49,146 nt of DNA from Bacillales bacterium UBA1361 (GTDB lineage Bacteria > Bacillota_I > Bacilli_A > RFN20 > CAG-826): the NCBI GenBank assembly GCA_002306335.1, contig DBRT01000037.1, positions 329 through 49,474 of the forward strand. Reading direction: 5' to 3'. Below the pieces are notes generated by a model. That model was not told the DNA's origin and did no database searches. It was given only the letters and a program-made list of their open reading frames with translations. Positions 35,643 through 44,670 of this stretch are shown here, one piece after another. How positions within the stretch are numbered: position 1 is the stretch's first letter; each line of letters begins with the position of its first letter. Made by a program: the position numbers and the translations under genes.

Positions 35643-36419
35643 TTAACGATAAGGAATAATTAATCCGCGGAAATGTTCAACGATAAAGTCACCGATTTCA
35701 TCACTATATAATACTTTCATTAGTGCGCGTATTCTATCATTATTTTCTTCGCCGCGCCGAATACCGACAATAAATGCATAATCATTACTAGTTTCAGTAG
35801 CGAGAATATGTTCATAACTAAGTCCGCTGTTATAAGCTTGTGAACCAGTCATAATGTAAAAAGCTTCTTCGGGATGCTTTTGGGCTTCAGGAATTAAATC
35901 TGGATTCATATATTCAATTGTTAAAGAGTCAAGTGGTGTTTGTCGATAATTTGGTGTTTTTTCTTGTTCGTTAAATACAGTAACAGTAAAAACTTCCTCG
36001 ATAAAACTCATAATCCGTTCATAATCTTCAGCGCGATCACTAATGACAATTTTGTCGCCAGGATTATAATCCTTGAGTGTTGTTTTCGTTCCTGAATATA
36101 CACCAAGTGCTGAAAGATAGACGCGACCAGCACTAGTAAGCTCTGCGCGTTTTGATACCCGGTTATTATAGGCAATTAAATCATCTGTTCTTTGAATAAT
36201 ATTTGCGTCAATCCCGCCACTTGATAATGAAGAATTAGCGAGCAAAGCATTATCAATTGTTTCAAGATTTAAGCGATAACCCATTTCCTTAAGTGGAGCT
36301 TTAGCCGCGTTTAAAATCTCTTCATGAATGCAACCTCTCGTTGCGACACGAATTAATTTCTCAGTCTTACAACCGACTAAGGATAAGAGCATTACTAACG
36401 GGATAACAATTTTTTTCAT
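35643..36419 (-). CDS. NlpA/MetQ-family substrate-binding lipoprotein (orphan)
   Basis: Signal MKKIVIPLVMLLSLVGC. MetQ-like layout (IDANIIQ, LGVYS, ISDRAEDYERI). Confidence 0.7.
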   Translation of the reverse strand: MKKIVIPLVMLLSLVGCKTEKLIRVATRGCIHEEILNAAKAPLKEMGYRLNLETIDNALLANSSLSSGGIDANIIQRTDDLIAYNNRVSKRAELTSAGRVYLSALGVYSGTKTTLKDYNPGDKIVISDRAEDYERIMSFIEEVFTVTVFNEQEKTPNYRQTPLDSLTIEYMNPDLIPEAQKHPEEAFYIMTGSQAYNSGLSYEHILATETSNDYAFIVGIRRGEENNDRIRALMKVLYSDEIGDFIVEHFRGLIIPYR

Positions 36420-36674
36420 AAGCTTTAAGGTTAGTGTGCGAGATACATTTTAATGATTACTTTCGCTTATAATCTACCTTTATTAAAAGGTATTTCATCT
36501 TAATTAAAGCATATTTGCAGGGAATTACAACCAAAAACATCTAAAAATACGAAAAAGATGATAACGATAACATTTTTTAGCCAATTTAGCGACTTTTCTT
36601 AGTAAATAATGCGTTTTCTTTACTAAAGAAAGAAGTAGTGTAATGTGATATCATAGTGTAAGCAGGAGGTAGTT

Positions 36675-37385
36675 ATGGTCAAACAACAAAATAATTTATT
36701 TCTCTTAAACAACTTATTCAATGTGCGTGACTTAGGTGAGATTGATACAAAGTATGGTACTAAGACACGGCGTTATAAATATATTAGAGGTACTGCCAAA
36801 GGCACAATGACTGAAATCGAAAAAGAGCACTTTTATAACTTAGGAGTAAGAGTAGTAGTGGATTTACGCTATACAAATGAAATCGAAAAAACACCAAGTC
36901 CGTTACGAGGTTATAAAGATATCAAGTATTATCATGTCGATATGATGGGCGAATTTTGGCAAATGCGTGAACAAGGTTATAAAGATATGACCGACTTATA
37001 CATTGATTTGCTTGATGACTCGCAAGAGAAACTGCTAACGATCTTTAAAATCTTCTTAAAGTATCCGCGGGACGGTATTTATTTCCACTGTACCGCTGGT
37101 AAAGATCGGACCGGAGTTGTCACAATGTTACTCCTAGACTTAGTGGGTGTTCCGCATTCTGTAATCGTTGAAAATTATAGTGAATCGTACACTAATAACT
37201 TATCACGACCAGGCTATAAATTTATTAAACCAGAATGGCGACGCTTCATTCTTAGTGAACCTGAATACATGGAGCGAACATTAGATCATTTATACACAAA
37301 GTATGGTGGGAGCAGAGCTTACTTATCGCATATTGGCTTACGTGATGATGAAATTAATAATCTCGCGGCCACAATTGTCGAATAA
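36675..37385 (+). CDS. Protein-tyrosine phosphatase (Tyr_phosphatase_3-like)
   Basis: CX5R P-loop HCTAGKDRTG. RBS AGGAGG. Confidence 0.8.
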   Translation: MVKQQNNLFLLNNLFNVRDLGEIDTKYGTKTRRYKYIRGTAKGTMTEIEKEHFYNLGVRVVVDLRYTNEIEKTPSPLRGYKDIKYYHVDMMGEFWQMREQGYKDMTDLYIDLLDDSQEKLLTIFKIFLKYPRDGIYFHCTAGKDRTGVVTMLLLDLVGVPHSVIVENYSESYTNNLSRPGYKFIKPEWRRFILSEPEYMERTLDHLYTKYGGSRAYLSHIGLRDDEINNLAATIVE

Positions 37386-37454
37386 CATTGCAAAAAGCAC
37401 CTAAAATAAGTACAATTATTGTGTAAACACCGCTATAAGCAAAAGGAGATACAT

Positions 37455-38210
37455 ATGAAAACCTTAGCAAACTTACTAGATAATGATACAGTAACGATTG
37501 TATTATTTTTTGCTTTCCTACTCTTAGCGGTCGTTATTTATCTTATTGTTTCCAAAAAAGAACCAAGTAAAGAAAAAATGCGGCCTGAAGAAAGAGCGCT
37601 AAAAATGGTTGAAGCGCCTAAAACAGAAGTTAAAACAGAAGTAACGCCAGAAAAACCGGTTACTGAAGAAGTTAAAACAAAAAAAGTAGAAAGAGAAGCA
37701 CAAAAAGTTAAAGTTAAAAAAGAAGACACTGATGACGATCAATTCGCCGCCATTAAATATAGTTATTCTTATACTGCACAAGTTAGTTTAGCGCCAGAAG
37801 CAAGTCGCGAACGCTATTTAAAAATAAAACAAGAAATTCTCTCTTACACTAGTGTTAATAATACTATTTCATGGCGTGAAGAACGCTTTACATTAAGCGG
37901 GAAAACAATTGTTAAATTTAAATTGATTGGTAATGTTTTACGGATGTATATTGCCTTAACGCTTGAAGAATTAAGTGATGTAAATATTAAGATTGATGAT
38001 GTTAGTCGTTATAAAGAACACGAATTAACACCAAGTTTATTACGTATCAGTGGTAATACTGGTGTCAAGCGTGCGCTCCAAGCGATTGATATTTTAATGC
38101 AGAAACTTGAACTAAAAAAAGACCCACAATATAAACTAGGGGCAAGTGATATACCAGCAGCGCAAACAATCGATGAACTCTTAGAAGCTGGACTTATTCG
38201 GAAAATTTAA
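37455..38210 (+). CDS. Single-pass membrane protein with K/E-rich spacer and conserved-looking C-terminal globular domain, function unknown
   Basis: ATG at 37455 follows AAAGGAG. TM helix VTIVLFFAFLLLAVVIYLIV. Charged repeats (KTEVKTEV...). Confidence 0.6.
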   Translation: MKTLANLLDNDTVTIVLFFAFLLLAVVIYLIVSKKEPSKEKMRPEERALKMVEAPKTEVKTEVTPEKPVTEEVKTKKVEREAQKVKVKKEDTDDDQFAAIKYSYSYTAQVSLAPEASRERYLKIKQEILSYTSVNNTISWREERFTLSGKTIVKFKLIGNVLRMYIALTLEELSDVNIKIDDVSRYKEHELTPSLLRISGNTGVKRALQAIDILMQKLELKKDPQYKLGASDIPAAQTIDELLEAGLIRKI

Positions 38211-38213
38211 TTT

Positions 38214-39065
38214 ATGAAGAAGATAGCCTTAGTTTTAGGTGGTGGTGGCGCGAAAGGCTCCTATCAAATTGGTGTATTAAAAGCGCTGCACGAGACTAAA
38301 ATATTAAAACGCGTTAGGGTCGCTAGCGGTACCTCGATTGGGGCCATCCACACCCTTTTATTAATGCATGATTTAAGTATTGAAGAGATGATTAATGTGT
38401 GGAAAGAATTCACAAATGAAGCGATTTATGGTAGAAACAAATTCAAAGAAACATGGAATGTAAGCGGCTTTTATAACACTAAAGGTATCTTAGAAAAAAT
38501 ATTACCGTTCACTAATGAAGAAGCATTTAGAAATACAAAGATTGAAGGCTATGTCACTTTAGCAAAAGTACCCACTAAAGGTTTATTTGCAAAATTAAAT
38601 ATGAAAAATTACGAAAAAGAAGTTGTCTTTTTAAATGAAAGTGAACACCCGCTAAAAGCTGTTTTAGCAAGTGCTGCTATTCCGCTTGTCTTTGGGGAAA
38701 AAGAAATTGAAGGCACTCGTTATGTGGATGGCGGTTTAGTCGATAATTTCCCGTTTACACCAGCGCTTATCGCTAACGCTAATATAATTATTTCAATTGG
38801 TCTAGATCCAAAACTTTTACCAACAAAACCATTACCTGGTCGTTTACATATTGATTTTACCCCGCTAGAAGAGTTAGGACCGTTTCCTAAAGTGTCGCTT
38901 GATTTTAGTCCTGAAAAAACACAGCAATATTTTGATTTAGGGTATGAGAATGCTAAGGCGTTGATAGCGTACTTAAAACGCGAAAAGTTTTTCTGGTTTG
39001 GTGGAAGACTAAAGCTAAGAAAAGGACGCCTAGTAACGTTAGAAACATTAACAGCAAAATCTTAG
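38214..39065 (+). CDS. Patatin-like phospholipase
   Basis: Oxyanion GGGGAKG, nucleophile GTSIGA (GxSxG), catalytic DGG (YVDGGLVDN). Confidence 0.85.
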   Translation: MKKIALVLGGGGAKGSYQIGVLKALHETKILKRVRVASGTSIGAIHTLLLMHDLSIEEMINVWKEFTNEAIYGRNKFKETWNVSGFYNTKGILEKILPFTNEEAFRNTKIEGYVTLAKVPTKGLFAKLNMKNYEKEVVFLNESEHPLKAVLASAAIPLVFGEKEIEGTRYVDGGLVDNFPFTPALIANANIIISIGLDPKLLPTKPLPGRLHIDFTPLEELGPFPKVSLDFSPEKTQQYFDLGYENAKALIAYLKREKFFWFGGRLKLRKGRLVTLETLTAKS

Positions 39066-39111
39066 TAGCTTATATATAGAGAAAAAGAGATTTTACTGGC
39101 ATAATAATGCT

Positions 39112-40842
39112 ATGAAAAAAGGATTATTCAAATATTTTAAAGTAGTATGGAAAGAAGGGATTCTTGCCATCTTTTTTATTTTATTTGAAACTGTTTTAGA
39201 AACACTAGTGCCATTTATGGCAAGTCGCGTTGTTGATGTTGGTATCGCTAATAATGATTTACCTTATATCTATAAATGGGGTGCCCTTATGGTATGTTCG
39301 GCTTTTCTTGCTTTCTTTATTGGCATCATTGGTGTCCGTTATGTCGCTCGTACTGGTCAAGGATTTGGGGCGGAATTACGTCGTGCTCAATTTGCGAAAC
39401 TACAAAGTTTAGACCAAGAAGCGCGTGATAAATTCGCTGTATCTTCTTTGATTACACGGCTTACAAATGATACTTACACTATTCAAAATGCCATCATTAT
39501 TGGGATGCGCGGGATATTCCGTGCTCCATTTATGATTACGATGGTATTAATGCTTAGTTTCAATATGAATTCTAAAGTAGCAATTGTATTTGCACTTACG
39601 CTTCCTGTTATTGCGTTTGCGATGCTAGTCATTGTTTTTCGAGTTAGACCACTTTATGAACGGATGCAACGTAATTTTGATGAATTAAACCGTACTTTAC
39701 AAGAAAACTTTCAAGCGATCCGTGTTGTTAAAGCTTATGTTACGGAAGAGCAAGAAGAAGCAAAGTTTAAGGCGATTAATAAGATGTATCGTAAAGTCGC
39801 TAGTAATGCGTTTATGACAGTATCACTCAATAGTCCGATTATGCAACTTGGACTTTATTCAACGATTATTGGTCTTCTGCTTGTCGGTGGTAATTTAATT
39901 AATACTGGCGAAGCTAAAATTGGTGAAATTCAAGGGTTACTAACCTTTGTTTTACAACTCTTAAATGCGATGCTGATGCTTGCGCAAATATTAATTATGT
40001 TTGGTCGCACTAGCGCTTCAAAAAGTAGAATTAGTGAAGTACTTAACACTGACACTAGTCTTGAATACTTGATTAATGATTTAAGTGTTAAAGCAAAACC
40101 GAGTTTAATTGTGAAAGATGTAAGTTTTAAGTATCCGGGCACAAGTGATGATAATTATGCTTTAAAAAACATTAATTTCACGCTTAAGGCTGGTGAAACA
40201 CTTGGGATTATTGGTCAAACTGGAAGCGGTAAATCAACACTCGTCCATCTTTTAGCACGGCTTTATGATGTAACTGATGGTGAGATTATTTTAGACGACC
40301 ATAATGTTAAAGATTATAGTGCGGATAATCTTCTAGATGCTATTAACATTGTCTTTCAAAATAATATGCTCTTTAGCGGAACAATTCGTGATAACTTGCT
40401 ATGGGGTAATAAAGATGCAAGTGACGAAGAAATTAATCGGGCATTAGAAGCAAGTCTAAGTGACGAAATTGTGAATAAATTAGCAAATGGTTTAAATAGT
40501 GAAGTCGGGCAAGCAGGCTCTTTGCTTTCAGGTGGTCAAAAACAACGAATAGCATTAGCAAGAGCATTACTAAAAAGACCAAAAATATTAGTGCTTGATG
40601 ATTCTTTATCAGCGATTGATACGATTAATGAAGGGAAAATTCGCACTAAATTACGGAAACTTTATCCGCAACTTACTTTAATTATTGTTGCGCAACGTGT
40701 GAGTGCTATTAAAGACGCTGATCATATTTTAGTGTTGCATGAAGGGGAAATTCACGGGGCAGGTACGCATAACTCACTTGTGGAAAATGATGAGATTTAT
40801 CACGATATTTACACGACCCAACTAAAAGGAGCAAAAGCATGA
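39112..40842 (+). CDS. ABC exporter half-transporter (TMD-NBD), degenerate-site subunit of heterodimer 1
   Basis: Walker A GQTGSGKST, signature LSGGQKQR. Walker B is followed by Asp instead of the catalytic Glu (ILVLDDSLS). The H-loop His is replaced (VAQRVS). Confidence 0.9.
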   Translation: MKKGLFKYFKVVWKEGILAIFFILFETVLETLVPFMASRVVDVGIANNDLPYIYKWGALMVCSAFLAFFIGIIGVRYVARTGQGFGAELRRAQFAKLQSLDQEARDKFAVSSLITRLTNDTYTIQNAIIIGMRGIFRAPFMITMVLMLSFNMNSKVAIVFALTLPVIAFAMLVIVFRVRPLYERMQRNFDELNRTLQENFQAIRVVKAYVTEEQEEAKFKAINKMYRKVASNAFMTVSLNSPIMQLGLYSTIIGLLLVGGNLINTGEAKIGEIQGLLTFVLQLLNAMLMLAQILIMFGRTSASKSRISEVLNTDTSLEYLINDLSVKAKPSLIVKDVSFKYPGTSDDNYALKNINFTLKAGETLGIIGQTGSGKSTLVHLLARLYDVTDGEIILDDHNVKDYSADNLLDAINIVFQNNMLFSGTIRDNLLWGNKDASDEEINRALEASLSDEIVNKLANGLNSEVGQAGSLLSGGQKQRIALARALLKRPKILVLDDSLSAIDTINEGKIRTKLRKLYPQLTLIIVAQRVSAIKDADHILVLHEGEIHGAGTHNSLVENDEIYHDIYTTQLKGAKA

Positions 40843-42686
40843 AAAAGCAAAGTAAGCCTAAACATATGAAGCAAACAATGCGCCGGCTCTTTAGTTATTT
40901 ATTAAAACGACCTGTGCCGCTAGTTTTTATTGTACTCCTTGTTGTGTGGAGCGGGTTTACTAATGGTTACGGTATTTATGTAATGCGTGAAATCATCGAT
41001 AAAAGCATATTAGACTTTGATATAAATGGTTTAAATAAGTCACTTATTAAATTAGCGATCCTTTTCGGTTCAGGTGCTTTAAGTGCACTTATTTATAACC
41101 CGATGATGGTTAAATATTCACAAACTGTTATCGCCGACATTCGCAATGAACTTTTCGCTCATAGTCAAAAATTACCGCTATCTTATTTTGACAGGACACC
41201 GCGCGGTGAAATTATGAACTATTTCACTAATGATGTTGACACACTTAATCAAGCACTTAATACTGGGTTTACAACGATGATTTATTCAGTAGTAACAGGC
41301 ATTGGCACAATTGTATTTCTTTTCCTTATTAATTTTTATTTGTCACTGATTGTTGTCTTTTTCATCGTTGTAATGTTTTTTATGGTACTGCGTAATAGTC
41401 AAAAAATGCGGGTTGGTTTTGCTAGTGTTCAAAAAGATACTGCGCATTTAAATAGTTATATTGAAGAAATGATGTTAGGGCTTAAAGTATCAGCAATGTT
41501 TTCACACCAAAAAGAAGACATGAAAGAATTTAAGCGGCGCAATGATGCATTAACGAAAAGCGGAATATACGCGAATACTTTAGTGTTACGAAAGACACCA
41601 ATGATTGTTAGTTTGTCGTATTTTAATTATGCGATTAGTGCGATTGCTGGTGCGCTTTTTGTATTAAATGGCTGGCTAAGTTTAGGAGCACTAGGATCAT
41701 ACTTAATTTATGTCCGCCAAAGTTCAAATCCGTTTAATAACTTTATGACTGAATTAAATGCTCTCTATAACGGGCTTTCAGGGGCAGAACGGATTTTTGC
41801 TTTTCTTGACTTAGAACAAGAAATAGATGAAGGTAAAGTCCGGCTTGTCAGCGCTGTTGAAATTGATGGTAATATCGTTGAAACTGAACACCCGACTAAT
41901 AGTTTAGCGTGGAAGATTCCGACGGCTAACGGGGAATTCACCTATGAAATATTTAAAGGGCGAGTCGATTTTACTAATGTTGTTTTTGGTTATAAGCAAG
42001 ATGAACGCGTCTTAAATAATATTAGTTTACATGCCGAAAAAGGTGAAAAAGTTGCGCTTGTTGGTTCAACTGGTGCCGGTAAAACAACAATTATCAATCT
42101 TATTACTCGCTTTTATGAAATTGATAGCGGCACGATTAATTATGATGGGATTGATATTCGCGATATTAAAAAAAGTGATTTACGCCAATCAGTAAGTGTC
42201 GTTATTCAAGATACACATTTATTTACTGGTACTATTTTTGAAAATATTGCTTATCCTAGTCCTGGCGCAACAATTGCCGAAGTAGAACGCGCCGCTAAAA
42301 TTGCGCACGCTCATGATTTTATTGTTAAATTACCACAAGGTTATGAAACGATGCTTTACGATAACGGGGCAAATCTTTCAAGTGGACAGCGGCAACTTAT
42401 TGCTATTGCGCGCGCTGCTATTTTACAACCACCAGTCTTAATCCTTGATGAAGCTACTAGCTCAATTGATACCCGTAGTGAAAGACTCATTGAAAAAGCG
42501 ATGGATGAGTTAATGGAAGATAAAACGGTATTTGTTATTGCTCACCGTTTGAGCACTATTCGAAACGCTAAAGCAATATTAGTAATGGAAAAAGGCTCAA
42601 TTATTGAACGCGGAAGTCATGAGGATTTAATTTTAGAAGGTAAAGTTTACTATCAGTTATACACTGGTCAATTTGAATGGACATAG
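40839..42686 (+). CDS. ABC exporter half-transporter, consensus-site subunit of heterodimer 1
   Basis: Overlaps the previous gene by 4 nt (ATGA). GSTGAGKTT, LSSGQRQ, LILDEATS, IAHRLST. Confidence 0.9.
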   Translation: MKKQSKPKHMKQTMRRLFSYLLKRPVPLVFIVLLVVWSGFTNGYGIYVMREIIDKSILDFDINGLNKSLIKLAILFGSGALSALIYNPMMVKYSQTVIADIRNELFAHSQKLPLSYFDRTPRGEIMNYFTNDVDTLNQALNTGFTTMIYSVVTGIGTIVFLFLINFYLSLIVVFFIVVMFFMVLRNSQKMRVGFASVQKDTAHLNSYIEEMMLGLKVSAMFSHQKEDMKEFKRRNDALTKSGIYANTLVLRKTPMIVSLSYFNYAISAIAGALFVLNGWLSLGALGSYLIYVRQSSNPFNNFMTELNALYNGLSGAERIFAFLDLEQEIDEGKVRLVSAVEIDGNIVETEHPTNSLAWKIPTANGEFTYEIFKGRVDFTNVVFGYKQDERVLNNISLHAEKGEKVALVGSTGAGKTTIINLITRFYEIDSGTINYDGIDIRDIKKSDLRQSVSVVIQDTHLFTGTIFENIAYPSPGATIAEVERAAKIAHAHDFIVKLPQGYETMLYDNGANLSSGQRQLIAIARAAILQPPVLILDEATSSIDTRSERLIEKAMDELMEDKTVFVIAHRLSTIRNAKAILVMEKGSIIERGSHEDLILEGKVYYQLYTGQFEWT

Positions 42687-42789
42687 AATAAACTTCCTTA
42701 TGAAAGCACTTTACTAGCTACAATTTGTGTAAAGTATGTAAATATGTACCTATTTTAATTTTATCGTTGTTATAAATTATTCCATTTAA

Positions 42790-42797
42790 TGTATAAT
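42790..42797 (+). promoter_or_regulatory. Extended -10 element upstream of the second ABC exporter pair
   Basis: TGTATAAT (TGn + TATAAT), 43 nt before the ATG at 42841. Confidence 0.5.
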
Positions 42798-42840
42798 AGT
42801 AGAGATTGTTTTAATAGGATCTATTAAAAGAAGGATAGAT

Positions 42841-44667
42841 ATGAAGAGAAAAAAAGCAAAGAAACATTCAATCTTACACTTACTAAAAGGCCACTTTTGG
42901 GGGATGTTTTTTGTTACGCTTTTAGTTATCTTCCATCGTGTATCGTATTCCTTTGTACCACTATTTACACAGTACATTTTAAAATACTTACAAAATAATG
43001 GAGTAGTGACCGGTGTTAATTTACCGTTATTTGTTATTGAAATATTTGAAAAGGGTCAAAATGTTTTTGAGGTTTCACTTTATGTTGCCCTTACGCTCCT
43101 TTTATATCAATTGTTTCGTTTTAGTTTAATGGTTGTTGAGCAACGACTTAAAGGCCAAGTGCAAGAGAGCATTGCTTTAAAATTACGCGTTAAACTTTTT
43201 GATCATATTCAGTCACTTAGCTATCATTATCATAATAATAGTGACACTGGTGACCTCATTCAAAGAGTAACGACTGATGTGGAAGTGACAACAAACTTTG
43301 TCGTAATGCGCGTAATGGATGCGGTCGGTTTAATATTCATGGTCTTAAGCGGGGCGTATCAAATGTATTTTTTAAGTCCGCTTTTAATGTATATTTCGCT
43401 AGCGGTCATTCCGCTTTATGGTATTTCTTCTTATTTCTATTTTAAAAATATTTGGAAGCGTTATAACGATATTGAAGAAAAAGAAGCGGAAATTTTAACC
43501 GTTATTCAAGAAAATGTCCATAACGCTAAAGTTGTGAAGGCTTTTGCTAATGAAAAGTTTGAAACAGAAAAGTTAGAAGTTAAAAATAAAGCACATAAAA
43601 ATGCAGTGATTAAAACTAATAAAATTGTTGGTATGTATTGGGCAGCAATGGATTTCTTTGCTCTTAGTCAATATTTTGTAATTACCCTCATTAGTGTGTT
43701 TCTTGCTAGAAACGGACAAATGGATGCTGGTAACGCTGCCGCAGCGTTAATGCTTGTTGGCCTTTTAATCTGGCCAATTCGTGGTTTAGGCCGATTAATT
43801 AATGATGTCTCGCACGCTAATGTAGCATATAACCGTATTACGACAGTACTCGATGAAAAGAGTGAATTTGAAATTAATGGTGATTTATTACCGGAGATTG
43901 CGGGAAAAATTGAATTTAAAAATGTGTCCTTTAAGTTTCCTGGTGATAGTAGTTATACCTTAGAAAACTTGAACTTTACAATTGAGAAGGGCCAAACTGT
44001 AGCGATCGTTGGGCGCACTGGTAGCGGGAAAACAACGATTATTAATTTATTAATGCGGATGTATGAATATGAAGGGTCAATTTTAATTGATGATATTGAA
44101 CTTCGCGACATTGAAAAACATCACTTACGGAAAAATATGGGTACGGTTTTACAAAATCCGTTTCTTTACTCCCGCACTATTCGTGACAATATTAATATTA
44201 CTGCGCGTAAGGCCCCGATGGAAAAGATTATTAATGCCAGTGAAATTGCCACAATTGCCCATGATATTCGTGATTTTGAAAAAGGTTATGATACGATGGT
44301 TGGCGAAAGAGGAACAACGCTTTCTGGCGGGCAAAAACAGCGGGTAGCGATTGCGCGCGTGCTTATTAGTGAAAAACCAATTTTAATATTTGATGATGCT
44401 TTAAGCGCGGTTGATAGTCGCACCGATACCCTTATTCGTCAAGCATTAAAACAAAAAGAACAAACATCGACAACGCTTATTATTACTCACCGGATAACTA
44501 CCGCTAAAGAGGCTGATCAAATTATTGTAATTAATAACAAGACTGTTGAAGATATTGGAACCCATGACACCCTAGCGAAAGCGGGCGGGTTATATCAAGT
44601 CTTATGGGATATTCAAGGAGATTTAGAAACAGAGTTCTTAGAACTTGTTGCTAAGGAGTGTGTTTAG
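42841..44667 (+). CDS. ABC exporter half-transporter, degenerate-site subunit of heterodimer 2
   Basis: GRTGSGKTT, LSGGQKQR. Walker B is followed by Asp (ILIFDDALS). Confidence 0.9.
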   Translation: MKRKKAKKHSILHLLKGHFWGMFFVTLLVIFHRVSYSFVPLFTQYILKYLQNNGVVTGVNLPLFVIEIFEKGQNVFEVSLYVALTLLLYQLFRFSLMVVEQRLKGQVQESIALKLRVKLFDHIQSLSYHYHNNSDTGDLIQRVTTDVEVTTNFVVMRVMDAVGLIFMVLSGAYQMYFLSPLLMYISLAVIPLYGISSYFYFKNIWKRYNDIEEKEAEILTVIQENVHNAKVVKAFANEKFETEKLEVKNKAHKNAVIKTNKIVGMYWAAMDFFALSQYFVITLISVFLARNGQMDAGNAAAALMLVGLLIWPIRGLGRLINDVSHANVAYNRITTVLDEKSEFEINGDLLPEIAGKIEFKNVSFKFPGDSSYTLENLNFTIEKGQTVAIVGRTGSGKTTIINLLMRMYEYEGSILIDDIELRDIEKHHLRKNMGTVLQNPFLYSRTIRDNINITARKAPMEKIINASEIATIAHDIRDFEKGYDTMVGERGTTLSGGQKQRVAIARVLISEKPILIFDDALSAVDSRTDTLIRQALKQKEQTSTTLIITHRITTAKEADQIIVINNKTVEDIGTHDTLAKAGGLYQVLWDIQGDLETEFLELVAKECV

Positions 44668-44670
44668 AGT

